Shown: positions 1 through 13,965, counted from the first letter of the stretch. The stretch: 64,000 nucleotides of DNA from Octopus sinensis (GCF_006345805.1 NC_042997.1:20212001-20276000); one strand, 5' to 3'. The notes: generated from the letters alone by a model not told the origin. Program-made: numbers and translations.

Positions 1-289
1 AAGCAACTAATTTCTTTTTAGCGTTTAGAGATTTCCTAGTTTCTTTTTTAGTAAATTTGTCATGAATGAAGTTTTTCTGCTAGTTAAGGGGTGGTGGGGA
101 ATAAAAAGAAAAAAAGTCTGGTAATACTGCACATGCATGCAACATTTGCAAAGCAGGCTTTAATATGAAGGCAATTACAGCCAAAGGTCTTCTACATAAT
201 ATCACCAGAGGAGACAGTAAACATTATTGGCAGATGGATAGGGATGGACAAACAAGAAAGTGTCAGGAATTTTCAGCTGCTGCTACGAC

Positions 290-342
290 CACTGCTGGTA
301 CTGCTGCTGCTGCTACTACTACTACTACTGTTACTACTAGTG

Positions 343-374
<32 letters not shown>

Positions 375-453
375 GTTACTACTAGTGCTACTACTACTGC
401 TACTACTACTACTGCTACTACTACTACTACAACTGCTACTGCTGCTGCTGCTG

Positions 454-497
<44 letters not shown>
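290..497. repeat. (CTA/CTG)n trinucleotide microsatellite
   Basis: Direct read; explains the poly-T/poly-L ORFs at 165-516. Confidence 0.95.
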
Positions 498-498
<1 letters not shown>

Positions 499-539
499 TT
501 TAAATCAATTAGATGAAAAAGACAATAAAACCATAGAGC

Positions 540-1270
540 TTGGTGTTAGACATGCTGATGAATTTCTGATGTTGCTGATTTGCTATGTTTGTAGAGAATA
601 TTTGTATATGTTGGCTACTTCTAAGGGATGCGTTTTCAGACATAAATTCGTATTTCTATGATGGTCGTATTTATGGGAGCTCTAGTCTGAATGATAGCTA
701 TGTGTTATAGCTTATGTACATGTTAAGGCTGTTAGGCTGTTACTTTGATTCCATTATAAAAGCATATGCTGTTCTTTAACCCTAATTGAGCAGACCTATG
801 ATCAAAGGTATTCAAGCTTTGGCCACCCCATCTATTTTCTATTTCCTAATGTATATAGGACTATAATATCTTATGTGTCTTTTTTTTTTATGATATTCAG
901 GATGATTTGGCTACTGTTTCTAGCAGAGCAAAACATAGAGGCTTCTTTATTGGCTCTTAGCTCTCTCATTGGCTTTGTTTGTTGTATTTATATAATGGTG
1001 TGTAGTAAGAAATTTTGATCTGGCTTCTGTCATGATTTTAGTGGATTTCTTTGTTCTGTAGTTATTTATTGGAAAATTTATCATGATGTCAATACTGATT
1101 ATATTAAGGCTTATCTCTAGTAGTTTGATGTTTGTTCAATTTTCAAGTGATAATTGTTTAGGAAGGGTTGTTGTTTTGATTGCTTGGGAGTGATCCGATG
1201 ACTTTTAGTTTTGTAAAGTGCTCTGTGTGAAGGTGTGTGTCGCAATGGTTGGGATAATGGACTTTCAATC
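540..1270 (-). pseudogene. Highly degenerate Penelope-like element remnant, interrupted by another repeat at ~775-960
   Basis: Minus-strand frameshifted peptides NY/LEISLN (like RT NYLDVTLN) and YDHHRNTNLCL (like GIY-YIG C-terminal Y..RCNLCL); strong strand asymmetry. Confidence 0.3.
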
Positions 1271-1273
1271 ATA

Positions 1274-1476
1274 TGAGGGGTTGCTGAAAAGTTCCTGGCT
1301 TCGAGTAAAAGAAAATACAGGAGGATCTGTTAATTATGATTTTATTGAATATATTCCCTTCTCAAATTCACACACTTATTCAGTTTTTTTAAGCCCTGTA
1401 AAAGAACTCGGAAGGTTGGGCCTCCAGCCAGGCCTTTCATGATACCCTTAAAGCTAGGAACTTTTCAAAACCCTGT
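1274..1476. mobile_element. Tc1/mariner-type MITE
   Basis: TIRs GAGGGGTTGCTGAAAAGTTCCTGGCTT / AAGCTAGGAACTTTTCAAAACCC; left end after TA; homologous copies at 36034 and 55995. Confidence 0.75.
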
Positions 1477-1559
1477 CCTAAGGTTTTATGTTTGAATTTT
1501 TTTTGGGGGGGGACCAGGTCACAGATTGTGTCCTTAAACATGGTAATTTACTTCCATGT

Positions 1560-2000
1560 TCCATGCCTCTCTCTTCTCCCTGCTTCTACAGCTAACCTCA
1601 CCTTGTCCTGCCACACTCCCCCCCCACTTCTTCCTACATTCCTCTATCCTTCAACAACTCAAGACACATCAGTCATCACCCTTCAACTCTACCCAACCTT
1701 TTTACAGTTACAGGCTGCCTCCCCATACAATTTTCCAAAGCCTAACCCAAATTCTTCCCAACCATCCACTTCTAGCCACCAGGACCCTTGAGAAGCCACC
1801 TGTACACCTCATTGCGAATATCTATATCTTCATAAATCTTACTGATCAATCTCTCTCCCTTGCCTAAATGTGAATAATGATGCAGCTCTATTACAACAAC
1901 CTGTTCTGTCTCCCTTTCCTATTATATATATCCCCTCATTTCTCAGCATAAAGCCAACCCCCATTCTTGTGAGCAGTACGATAACCTCAATAGTGTTGGT
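1560..2000 (+). pseudogene. Degenerate Penelope-like RT-endonuclease linker fragment
   Basis: Frameshifted peptides ITLQLYPTFLQLQA and TIFQSLTQILPNHPLLATR resemble the PLE linker (P.tltYhP...F..pPli.fr). Confidence 0.35.
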
Positions 2001-2989
2001 AGCATGAATGAAGCACCTATAACACACTGTAAAGTGGTTGACATTAGGAAGGGTGTTCCGCCATAGAATCCTTGCAAAAGCAGGCTTTGGAGCATAATGC
2101 AATCTTTGGATTCATTGGATCCTGTCACTCCATCCAGCCCTTGCAGCAGGGAAATGGAACATGGATGTCAAATGATAATAATAATGATGATAACAGCTTC
2201 AGCTGACTTGAGAAAACAGTGACACCTTATAGATCATTAACAAAAATTCTTGCAAATGCTAGATGTTAATAGCCCAAAGTGTTCATGAAAATGATGATGG
2301 AAATGAAGGTGGCAGTGAAGAAAATGATGATAGTGTTATGTGAAGAAGATCTGCTAGTTGTTGATTAATCATTGCTGTGCTTTGGTGCTATATGTTAAAG
2401 AGGCCTGCAGGAAATATATTGTTAGATATTGTCAGAAAATGGTATTGGAACATTTCCAGTAAGTCACAAAAGGCTATATATTATTGTATTAATAAGTATT
2501 TATTGTCTGTTGATATCTCAGTTGCAGATGTCACAAGATGAAGGTTCATTGTTCTGCTCTTGGTGGATCTTTGGATTGCGACTGAAGAAATTGATTCATG
2601 CAGTATGCATTGGGCTAGTCAACCTTTTAGTCTCCAAGCTGTACCCACACAAATAATTAACACAACATATCAATACTGCTTCCCTCCCTCTCAGTTGAGA
2701 GTTCACGTCTTGAAAGTTATTTTGATGACATAAATTGGTACCAGTGCCTTGAAAAAAAGAAACCAGTACATTCTATAAAGTGGTTGGCATTAGAAAGGAT
2801 ATCCAACTGTAGAAACCAAACTAAAGTAGACATTGGAGATTGGTACAATCCTCTGGCTCATCAGCTCCTTTTAAAACCACCAAACCCATATTTGCATGGT
2901 AAATAGATGTTAAAGGGTGAGGATGATGATGAAGATCCCACTGTAAACACCAGTTCTAATCTGAATACTAAAAGTAATGCCAGTGCCGC

Positions 2990-3260
2990 TGGACTAGTTC
3001 CTGTGCCAGTGGCACATAAAAAGCACCATTTGAGCATGGCTACTGCCAGTACCGCCTGATTGGCCCTTGTGCCAGTGGCACATTAAAGCACCTACTACAC
3101 TCTCGGAGTGGTTGGCATTAGGAAGGGCATCCAGCTGTAGAAACTCTGCCAGATCAGATTGGAGTCTGGTGCAGCCATCTGGTTCACCAGACCTTCAGTC
3201 AAATCGCCTAACCCATGCTAGCATGGAAAGCGGACGTTAGACGATGATGATGATGATGAT
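2990..3260 (+). mobile_element. 5'-truncated RTE LINE 3' end with (GAT)n tail
   Basis: GGAAGGGCATCCAGCTGTAGAAAC...AACCCATGCTAGCATGGAAAGCGGACGTT(GAT)n matches the 3' end of the RTE at 18.7-19.8 kb. Further copies at 22030-22190 (+), 34760-35000 (-), 63790-63925 (-); tail stubs at 4335-4400 and 41450-41500. Confidence 0.8.
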
Positions 3261-4284
3261 TTGCCTAGTCAATACTTAGAGAGGTGATTGCTTAGGAAAA
3301 CTAGGTGCTGTAATCACAACTTCTACATCCTGATTGAACCCTACATTATGAACCTCACATGATTATCTCATAGATAGGACCCCATAATGACAACAAGCTA
3401 AGAAACTACCAGCTTTTACAAAGCTCTAACTGATTATTGTGTCAATTTATTTTTACTCTGCTATACATGTTCTAAATTTGAAGGAATTGTCCATTTGAGA
3501 ATAAATGTGATGAGCACAGAAATACTTATATAGCTATTTACCCATTATCTTGTTGTTGAATAGACTATTGACTCAAACAACTATATTTTTCTCTAAAGTA
3601 CAAATCCACAAACATTTTTGCATAATTTTGCTAATTCTCAATGTCAACCTGTATTTCATTATTTATTCTCAGTAGACGATAACATCATTCTAATGTTTTC
3701 AGAAGCTCACTCTGTAGACATGACTTCTCATACTTCATATCATTCTCTTGGGTATGTCTTATTTTCTTTTTATTACATCTGCATTTATGCTATTTATCTT
3801 AGTCTTTGAAATTCTCACCAATGTTTTCAGGTTGCTTTTCTGTTAACTTCACTTTCCCCTTCCATCTCTTGAGGGGAAAAGGTGATGACCGACGAGTCTT
3901 GAATTGAGGAAGAAGAGAGGGATACAGGTAGAAATAGGTGGGTGAAGTGTGACAGGATAGGACTGATACATTTTACTGGGAGAAGACAAGCAAGATGACA
4001 AGGTGAGGTCAGCTGCAGGAGTGAGGGAAGAGTATTACTATGTTTAAGGACACAGCATGTGGTCTGATCTGGGAATCAAACCTCATATTTTATGACTGAG
4101 AGTCTAGGTCTAGTGTAATGAGTAACATACAGCACACTGGGACAGATTAAGAGTATAATGAAAAAGTTTCAATTATAAATATTCTCTATAACTGGAGATG
4201 ATGTGTATATTGATAACATACAAGCAGCATGGTCAATATATATTTAATACATTTTAAAACCAGGAAGAAAGATACATACATACA

Positions 4285-4320
<36 letters not shown>

Positions 4321-7300
4321 TGTATATATATATTTCCTGTCCAACCCATGCTAGCATGGAAAGCGGATGTCAAACGATGAGGATGATGATGATGATGATG
4401 ATATATATAAATATAGGTGTGCTTAGCATATATCTGTGTATATGTGTCTGTGTCTGTGTCTGTGTGTCTATGCATGCATGTATATATATATATATATGAC
4501 ATTTTATTTACATGGAGAGAATGTACAATAATGAACTATCGATAAAAGAAAGTAAACTGAGACATAATAGGTGCATACTTTCATTACGCTTATCTGAGCA
4601 ATCTAAGTGTAGATGGAAGAAAGATATAAGTATTATAAGTATATGCTAAATGTACAGTTTAAGTGGTTAGACTGTCAATATGTTGTAAATCAGTTCAAAG
4701 AACAAGGTATAAATATAAAAATAAATGGCAAAGAGAAGTAATTAATAACTACAGAACAGGAAAGCAGTTAACAGTTGGGCTCTTTACAATGACTTTAAAT
4801 TGAGATGATTCAACTATATATCCATCAAGCTAAATTGTGAATGAGAATCTAACACCTGAGCACTGCCATACTGCTTCATTATAAACTGTTATAGAGGCAA
4901 TATTGTTGCATGCAAGAGAGAGAATCAATAGTTATAAATCATGAAAATGGGGAAAATTGTCATTCTGACATACATACACGAGATTACAGTTATTTGACCA
5001 TGTGAAGGAAATGAAGAGATGGATTGAGTCAAACAAATTTCAATAGCACACACTATTCTGTAGCTTAATATGAAGTGGGCAGGTTTACATATAAATAGTT
5101 TTATCATTAAATCAAATTATAATATAAACATAGTATATAGCAAATTACACTTCAATTTAAACTTTTATACAAGGATGATGAGAAGAATTTGAGCACCAAC
5201 TGCAATAAAATTTCTGATAGGTATTGTGATTCTTTCTGGTAGTTATTTTATTCATAGCATTTACAATGATAGATTTTAGTGCTTAAAAAAAATACTTAAA
5301 CAATTTTGTAGTATGTATTTAGAAACAGAAAATAAATCAGAAATGTTCAAAGAATTATCCATTCTATCTATCCGCCTCAATGTATTTCAGTAAGTCTTCT
5401 GTTTATGTTCCAATTCCATTTTTGATTATCCCAAGAGGAGTGGAATTTTGTCACAATAACTCTTAGAGTGTCTATATATGCTATTTTTCACCATTGGGCT
5501 ATATTTGAAATTGCAGTAAACCCTAAATGCAATATACACTCAAGGTGAAGTCAGGATTTTTCAATGATCATATATCTAGTTCAAAAAATTTGTTACATAT
5601 TAATATGCAATCTTAGAGCCAAATCATTGTACTTTTGTTTGCATGTCTTTCTTCTATCCACAATGATTTCTGCCAAACAATTAAAAAATGCATCCCCTGC
5701 ATTTCAGAAACATTGCATTCCTGAAAATCGTGTCATCATGTAGAATTTCATAGCATAAAACCTATTTTCTACTGACTTTCTTGTCACATAAATGTCAATG
5801 AGAAATATATTTTTGATTCTAGAATTCCACGTTATAGTTACATTTTAAAGAATGCAATACTTTTCTAACAAAGAGGTGTTTGTATTCTTAAAGTTCAGGG
5901 GGAATATTTCTTTCTGATGAATGTAGTATTTACCATTTTAAAAATTTCTTTTGTTCAGTTAGGTTGCTTCTTGGTATCAGTTTTCCGATCAAAAATGAAA
6001 ACATTTGTTTTTTTTTATATATATCAGAAAATAGCACCATAGCAGGTAATCGAAGGTCCTAGGGTATCTATAGATCAATTTCTATTTACAGTATTGTATT
6101 CATGTTTCGTTTGCTTGTCATTATTAAAGAAGCAAAGTGAGGATTTTTGTAAGATTAGGTTACCTTTTAATAACGGGATTCTATAAGCTGGCTGCTTTCA
6201 ACTAATGAACTTGATTTTCAGCACTGTTTGGCACCTCCTCTTTTTATGTCATGTTAAAGAGAATTTCCAAAGATATTAAGCACAGTCTTTTAGATAATCC
6301 TATCTACTGCATAATCTAATGTTGGCTGAAATGTCTCCTCTCAGTTCAACCTCTGTAATGTAAAAATTTATTTTAATAAAATTGTCAACTTATATATTTT
6401 GGCATTTTCTTGGCCTTCTTGTTTTAACTCCAGCATAATATGTCAAACAGACTGGTTAAATTGAAATAAAGCACTCTCATGACATTTCTTGCAACCCCAA
6501 TTAATTGCTCTGTCTTAAAGATAATCATTTGCATTAAAAATCAAAGATGTGTGACATTCTCAAAATAAGATCATAGAATAAAATATAATATGGTAATAAA
6601 ATAATAAAATTCAATAAAAATGAAATTGTATATGGAAATTGAGTGGCATTAAAATATCTGGTATTTACAGAGTACATTGATGGTACAAAGATTTCTTCTC
6701 TTAGAAAAAAAATTATCTCTGATTTCTATTTGCCACTTAAGAAATATAGGAGTCATCCATACACCATATTGCATACCTATTGCAGAAAAAATATAATCCA
6801 GACTATATTATAATAACTGCCATTCATATATCATTCTATTTCTTTTCAAGTTTGTATTATATAAGCTTGTTTATTCACAATCAACAACATATCCTTTATA
6901 CAAACTTTAGGTTTCACTGGCTATTCTGGATCATAAGCCATTGGTTGGAAGATTTTTTAATTAGCTGCTCTTTCATTTGTTAACCTAATAATACCAATCT
7001 TGACCAAAAAGGTAAAAAATGATAACAAATATACATGTACATCTAGAGGTAATATTTATCTCCACTTAAACATGGATGTTCTGTTAGAAAAATCTATACT
7101 ATTGTAGATACCATGAGAGAAAAAGTTTGATTTGGCTTTTGGTACAAAATGCATTCTTGTTTATATCATCAGTGGTGACATAAATCCCCACTATCTCCAA
7201 CACCTGGTCCCCTTATCACGTGATTTCACTCTTCCTTGACCTTGTCAATGATGGACACTCAACTATTAGAGATAGCAGTGATTCATCTCCCTACCAGCGA

Positions 7301-9306
7301 TATATAGAAAAACAGTGCCTGCACTGGTGTCATGATTAGCCAGTGAACGTGTTAAAATGTATATATATTGGTGACAGGGGTAATATTAATACTGTGAGGT
7401 AATATTTATCCTTCCTTAAGCAGAGATGTTCTGTTGGAACAAACTATACTGTGATAGATAACATGAGAGAAACTTTCATATTGGCTTTTGGTCCAGAATG
7501 CACTCTTGTTTACATCACATGTATATCAATCGCAGTAGTCATTATTGTAATATATCTGAAATATTAGCAAACCATAATTGTTGAAAACTGATTTTTGACC
7601 TGGATTAAAAATATTTGTTTGCTAAATGAAATTACAATAAGAAAAATAAATCTTTCTCTAAAATTTGAATTGCAGTAGCCATATTTAAATGTCTAAGTAC
7701 ACTGATGCTGCTGTTGATTGTTAACATATATACATCAAAGCAGTTTCACAGTGAGGAATATTTTATTCTACAATATATATGAGTAGTATTCATCATGATT
7801 TGTACTTCAAAACAATGGAAATATGAAGTAAAATAACTGCTTAGACAATAATCAAGAAAAATCAAGAATACAACAGATATAGCAAGGCAATTTATTTCCA
7901 TTCCTATCGTCATACTTTATTGTGTCTACCAGTGCCCTATGGACAAGCAATTCTTCTATTTTTTGCAATACTTCAAAAACACATTGACAAGTCAATAATA
8001 TATAGATTGCAATCTGTTTCATAAGCTATACAAACAAAGGCCTGATCAATAAAAAGAATATAGCATTGATTCAAAACTTTTTTTTTAAACTTTATATTTC
8101 TTGAGATATATTTTTCCATTTTTATTTCACACTTATTGATGAAAATCAAGTAATTCAAAATAACTGATTCTTTAAAACAATGACACAATATTTCTGAAGC
8201 ATTATCCATTATCAAGCAACAATAGTGAATACTGTTTTGTATTGAAAATAATGACAAGCTAAAGGCTATATGCTAATATCCTTATGCAAATCTGCCAGGA
8301 CAGTAGTTTACCACAATGCAAAATCACTTAGTATTTTTATTGAATTCCTATCATTTAGATTCATTTAGTAAAATTATTTTACTTCCTTTTAGCTTGGTAT
8401 CCAAATAAATGTTAATGCTAATAATATTGTGGAATGATGTTGGAAAACCTGTTCTCCTAGTAGCTGGCTGGAAGAAATTCAGAAATTTTACAATATTAAT
8501 CTAGGGAAATGTTCACACAGCAGAATTTGAACTTTAATGATGCATGTGTGTCAGGTGTATACGTCTCTATGGTGGTGACTTTGAAGAATGCAAGGTAGAT
8601 CTAAATAGTGTAATAAGTGTGAATTGTCAGCTTGAAAGATCAAAGGTGCTTGCATATGTTAAAAGTATGCTTAGAAATCAAAGGAATTAAAAGCTGCCTC
8701 CTTGAAGTTTTTGATGGATGTTCATGTGGAGAAAATCACTGCTAAGAAAATAGAGAAAGTATAGAATTAATGATGACTTGGCTAGAAAGAAACCACTGGA
8801 ATTTTAAAATGGGATTTCTTGAGATTGATAAATCAAATAGTTATAGTAAAATGATAATTTGTAATGCTTGTCTGCATGGATGGTAATAATGATATGTTCA
8901 GTACAGAATAATAGTCAGGTTATATTCTGCTTTTGAACTATTGGTGAAACATTCTAGCACTACATGTCTATATTATAGATTAAAGAAAAAAAAAATAACT
9001 GTATAGCAATGTAAAGTGTGATATTTTTATTAAGTGTCCATTTGATGATGAACTATGAATATTTTGCATGGGATGTGATTAACATGGATCAAAATCACTT
9101 ATTGCAAATTAGCAATAACAAAGCAGAATTAAAACTCAGAATGAATTGGAGGCAAGTTTGAATGAGACCACTAACAATTTCTTATCTGAGATTGACTGTT
9201 GGAGTCATAAGTGTTATTTAGTTTAATTCAACCTTAACCAAGTAGACCATAGTCATACCAACCTTTTTTGTAAACAATACTACTATTGTACAATATACAT
9301 TTTTAA

Positions 9307-9537
9307 GGCGGCGAGCTGGCAGAAACGTTAGCATGCTAGGCGAAATGCGTAGCCATATTTCGTCTGCCTTTACGTTCTGAGTTCAAATTCTGCCGAGGTC
9401 GACTTTACCTTTCATCCTTTCGAGGTCGATAAATTAAGTAGCAGTTACACACTGGGGTCGATGTAATCGACTTAATCCGTTTGTCTGTCCTTGTTTGTTC
9501 CTTCTGTGTTTAGCCCCTTGTGGGTAGTAAAGAAACA
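9307..9537 (+). mobile_element. SINE family B (GGCGGCGAGCTGGCAGAA head)
   Basis: Pol III-like head with B-box GAGTTCAAATTC; conserved GCCTTTCATCCTTTCGGGGTCGATAAA core; multiple copies in window. Confidence 0.85.
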
Positions 9538-9586
9538 GGTATAATGTGAGTGAAATTTAGTAGCTGTATCTAGCAAGTTGACTTAC

Positions 9587-9695
9587 AATGTAAATACTTC
9601 CTCATTTTCCTGAGTGGGGGCTCCTTTGTTCAACCAGCATGTTTGCTGGCTCTGGTTCTGCACTTTCAAACTCATGTGAAATAAGTGACCTCCTA
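9587..9695 (-). CDS. Putative internal exon of an unidentified gene (VGGHLFHMSLKVQNQSQQTCWLNKGAPTQENEEVFT)
   Basis: Pyrimidine-rich NAGNAG acceptor (ttttcaag|tag|), strong donor ACATT|gtaagt, open phase 1-2, GC above flanks; all plus-strand frames of the overlapping candidate hit stops. Confidence 0.35.
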
Positions 9696-9921
9696 CTTGA
9701 AAAATAGGTAAGAATTAGCGACAAGAAGAGCATCTGTCTGTGAAACAGTGCCTCAGTAATGTATTCATGCAACCCATGAAAAACATGGAGAAATTCATGT
9801 AAAAAGAAATGAATGAACAAATAAATGTTCAAACAGAATTGTAAAAAGATAGCATTAAGAATATAAGAAAACAATATTGTAATGAAAACAATGTTTTATA
9901 AAATTTATGTGCTATTATATA

Positions 9922-10336
9922 GGCGCAGGAGTGGCTGTGTGGTAAGTAGCTTGCTAACCAACCACATGGTTCTGGGTTCAGTCCCACTGCGTGGCATCTT
10001 GGGCAAGTGTCTTCTGCTATAGCCCCGGGCCGACCAATGCCTTGTGAGTGGATTTGGTAGACGGAAACTGAAAGAAGCCTGTCGTATATATGTATATATA
10101 TATGTGTGTGTGTGTATATGTTTGTGTGTCTGTGTTTGTCCCCCTAGCATTGCTTGACAACCGATGCTGGTGTGTTTACGTCCCCGTCACTTAGCGGTTC
10201 GGCAAAAGAGACCGATAGAATAAGTACTGGGCTTACAAAGAATAAGTCCCGGGGTCGATTTGCTCGACTAAAGGTGGTGCTCCAGCATGGCCGCAGTCAA
10301 ATGACTGAAACAAGTAAAAGAGTAAAAGAGTAAGAG
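9922..10336 (+). mobile_element. SINE family A (tRNA-derived, CORE-like CTTGGGCAAGTGTCTT, internal (TA/TG)n, (GTAAAAGA)n tail)
   Basis: A-box-like GGCTGTGTGGTAAG and B-box GGTTCAGTCCC; five near-full copies in window. Confidence 0.9.
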
Positions 10337-11300
10337 TATTAAAGTGTTAAAAGCACTTTGGAATCATTGTGTATATCAGTACTTGATTGCACTTTCTACT
10401 TCCTCTCTGATATTTCCAATCTATACATCCAGCTGTGATTGATGGGGTCCATTGTCAAAGATGGTCACTGTTGTTGGAATTAGTTGGTTCAGTACCTCCT
10501 GGTATTCTATTCTTCAATTTGTATGAACACTTTCCCATTCTGGCCTTTCAGTATATGTACTATATGTACGTACACTCACACATACACACACACACACGCA
10601 CGCACGTGCATTCATACTGAAGTATGTTAGTGCAAATACACAGAGGGATATATATGGTCAATGAAAAGATGTAGTCTAACAATATGCTAAAAACAAAAAA
10701 AATTTTGAAATCTGATGTCCTGTTCACAGAGGGAAGGTGGAATCTATGTATTCACAAATGCAATTGTTTGTAGTGAAGTTACAGAACAAAGTGTAGAATA
10801 GACATCGAAGATGGATTATTGCTAAGGACTGGACAGTTTGTGCCTCAGAGTGGAATAGGAATATGTTGTTTGAATGTTATCAAGAAGAGATGCATATGGA
10901 GTACATGTATCTGTGTGTGTGTGGGGGGGGGGAGTTAGGCTGGATTGAAGTCAACAGATGTTAAAGAAAAAGAAGGGGATTAGATAAGGTTGGGGGTCTG
11001 CTTTTATTTATTTATTTAATTTTTCTGCATCAGTGTGTATTTTGGTGCATCGTGACGTCGCATTAACACCCTGTCCAAATATTTGCAGCAGATAAAAGTT
11101 TACAATAGGAAACTTTGAGCCAGATGGTAGAGTTAAACCACATAGCATGATGTACCCTTTACCCACTTCCTCACAAAAGCGGGGACCATTCTGCTGTATA
11201 CAACTGGACTACATTAGATAAACAGTGACCCAGCATCGAACAACATGATTTAAAATGTGTATATGAGCTTTGACTCTCAATATTTGGATCTGTTGGTTTA

Positions 11301-11698
11301 TCTTTATATATAAAAGAGAAGTTGTGTGTCTGTCTCCTACGATTTAGATTCCTAACTACTCCCACATTTTGCGGTGCAGTTTAACCAAAACCGGGTATCT
11401 TATAGTCATGATTCATATCGAGCCCTTCTGGGTATTAGCGCGCGTCTACAATGAGTCTATGATTTAATAAAAAATTTACCATCATTTTTTTCTATTTTAA
11501 TGCATTTTTTTCGCTATTATATAAGGGAAGTAACTCTCTAAAAATGTCTACGATGAGTTAACGATTTTTAAAAAATTTACCATCATTTGTTTTCCATTCT
11601 TTATGCATTTTTTTGCTATTTTTTGGCTATAACTCTCTAAAAATGCTTATATAGTTATTTCCCTTACAAACCCGAGCAACGCCAGGCGATACTGCTAG
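11301..11698 (+). mobile_element. Non-autonomous Helitron
   Basis: 5' TC(TTTATATATAAAAG), 3' GC-rich subterminal CCCGAGCAACGCCAGGCG then CTAG, inserted between A and T, no TSD; internal ~100-bp tandem duplication. Confidence 0.85.
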
Positions 11699-11756
11699 TA
11701 ATTATATAAAGTAGATATAGACAAGCACATAACTGCACACACACACATGCGCATAG

Positions 11757-11787
<31 letters not shown>

Positions 11788-12420
11788 CATATGTATATAT
11801 GGACACACAGTGGGGGCATAATCTCACAGACTCTATAATCTTTTTAAATATCTGCTTTTTTGTATTAGCCAAAATAACAGCAATAATGAAAAGAAAAGCA
11901 ATTGATGGTTGAACACCATGTGATATTGGAAAATAAATAGATATTGAAGTGAAGAGTAGTAGTAGGAGGAGAATGCAAATGGAAAAACAAACTAGCAATC
12001 ATCAATGACCACAAAGTCAATCAAGAAATCTATAAATAGATTTAGTAGTTAAAAAATTTTTTTTTCCTTTAGTATCATGATTTTTCTCAGTGAATGGGTT
12101 TTCCATTTTCTGTTTTTAATTTTCCATTTCTTTGCTACATCAGGATATATAATAGAATGTAACCCCAAGGAAACTGCAATACACCTGGAAATTTAAAAAG
12201 CCTATTCTCAGATGTTAGATTTTGAGCAACAGAAATTATTGTTGGACATCCATAGAAATATATACATGCATGTGTATGCATGCCTGTGAATCAGTATTAT
12301 ATGTATGTATTTATAAAGTTAATCCAGACATGAAAACACAAAGAGAAAACACAACAATGCAAGGACATGAAACAAGTATAGTGTTATTGGATGCCCAGGA
12401 AAGGAAAGAAAGAAGGAGGA

Positions 12421-12453
12421 TTTAACGTTTCAAGTGGAGCTCTTCATCAGAAA
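12421..12453 (-). ncRNA. Minimal type I hammerhead motif in PLE-derived repeat
   Basis: Minus strand: TTT CTGATGA A GAG ctcca CTT GAAAC GTT AAA; canonical core, 3-bp stem I, palindromic AACGTT stem III. Confidence 0.55.
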
Positions 12454-13926
12454 CATAGGAAAAAGAAAGATCCAAGGAAGGGAAGACGGAAGAAAAAAAT
12501 ATCACCAATGATACACACACGGTCCATATACACTCACATATATGCTAGCAGGTTGAAAATTTGAAGTCGCTGTTATCCTTCTTCTTGTAAAAATTTAATA
12601 AACATGTACTCTGCTGAAAAGTATTGAGCAATTCTTTTAACAACTTAACATAAAACAAATATGAATGCATTTATATGTGTGCATGTGTGTGTGTGTGTGT
12701 GTGTGTGTTAAGTCAGTCTCTTGCTACTCTGAGCTTCGCTTGTGAGCTCAGTTACAACACTTACTTGAAGTTGTCTCAAAACCTTGTGCAACTACAGACA
12801 AAGCTCATAGTAACAAGCGACTGACTCAACCAAAGTATAAATATCATTAACCTCTAGTTTGGTATTGCTTAGTCTTTCTTCAGGCAGTCAGCACTAAACA
12901 TACTTGCGTGTATGTATGTGTGTGGTGTGTGTGTGTGTGCGTAAATTACATACACACACACATTATAGTGTATTATTTTATTCTTTTACTTGTTTCAGGC
13001 ATTTGACTTCAGCCTTGCTGGAGCACCGCACTATATTTCTTTGAATCCAATGTATCATCCTGTGGTTACTCTTTGGTTTACACTTGAATTTTTTTCACTT
13101 TTTTTATTGTCATTTAGTGAGATAAAGCAAGAAAACTTCCTCCAAAAGAAAATGCTTCAAATACAATAACAAATCAAGGTGCAAAATTTTATTTAATGCT
13201 ACATATAGTGAGGTGGGTATTGGCAAATTTCAGTCAAGGTGACAATTGAATTTTTGCGAATGTCATAGTTTTCATTCAGTTGTTTGTGTACTGATTATAC
13301 ATTCAAAGTTATAGTTTATGCATATCTTGTAAATTCTCACTGGTTTAATTACTCAAAGGATAATTGCAGTAATCATTAATAGATAAAAGAGGAATTAGAT
13401 ATTTAAAATTGGTCTACAAGGAATGTTATCATGAAGTAATAGCTTCATGTAATGTTATACATGTTGATATAGCCAAGAATTTTAATGGAAATAATATAAT
13501 GATTGCTATATAGCAAATGGAAAAGAAACTGAGATTTAAATACTGGAAAATATCAAAAATATAAAAATCATTCCATTATATATCATTTGCTGTCAACCTA
13601 AATTAAAATAACATTAAATATAAGTCATTAAAAATAAGTCACAAATAGAACAATTAACGATGAAAAAAATATGCTATTTCGTTATTAGTTTGGGAAAACC
13701 CCCAAAACAGCTTAACATAATGAATGCTGAATAATCACTCCTCCTCGTGACACTTATCATCATCATTATCATTTTAATTATTAGTAATCATAGTATTACT
13801 ATCAAAATTATTCTCTTAATTATTTTACATGTATCAGTTATCAGTCGCAATGGTGTATTTTGTATGTGTGTATATGATTATCTATATACACATATATGTA
13901 TGCATGCTTGTATACACACACAAATA

Positions 13927-13965
<39 letters not shown>

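Noticed and set aside
165-516. Poly-Thr/poly-Leu ORFs (also poly-I, poly-V, Gly/Ser and YI/CV-repeat ORFs elsewhere)
   Set aside because: Translations of microsatellites; no coding evidence.
12773-12890. Minus-strand protein-like frame LPEERLSNTKLEVNDIYTLVESVACYYELCL*LHKVLRQLQ with a gtaagt donor
   Set aside because: In-frame stop and no acceptor in frame; could be a pseudo-exon or TE relic but is unsupported.
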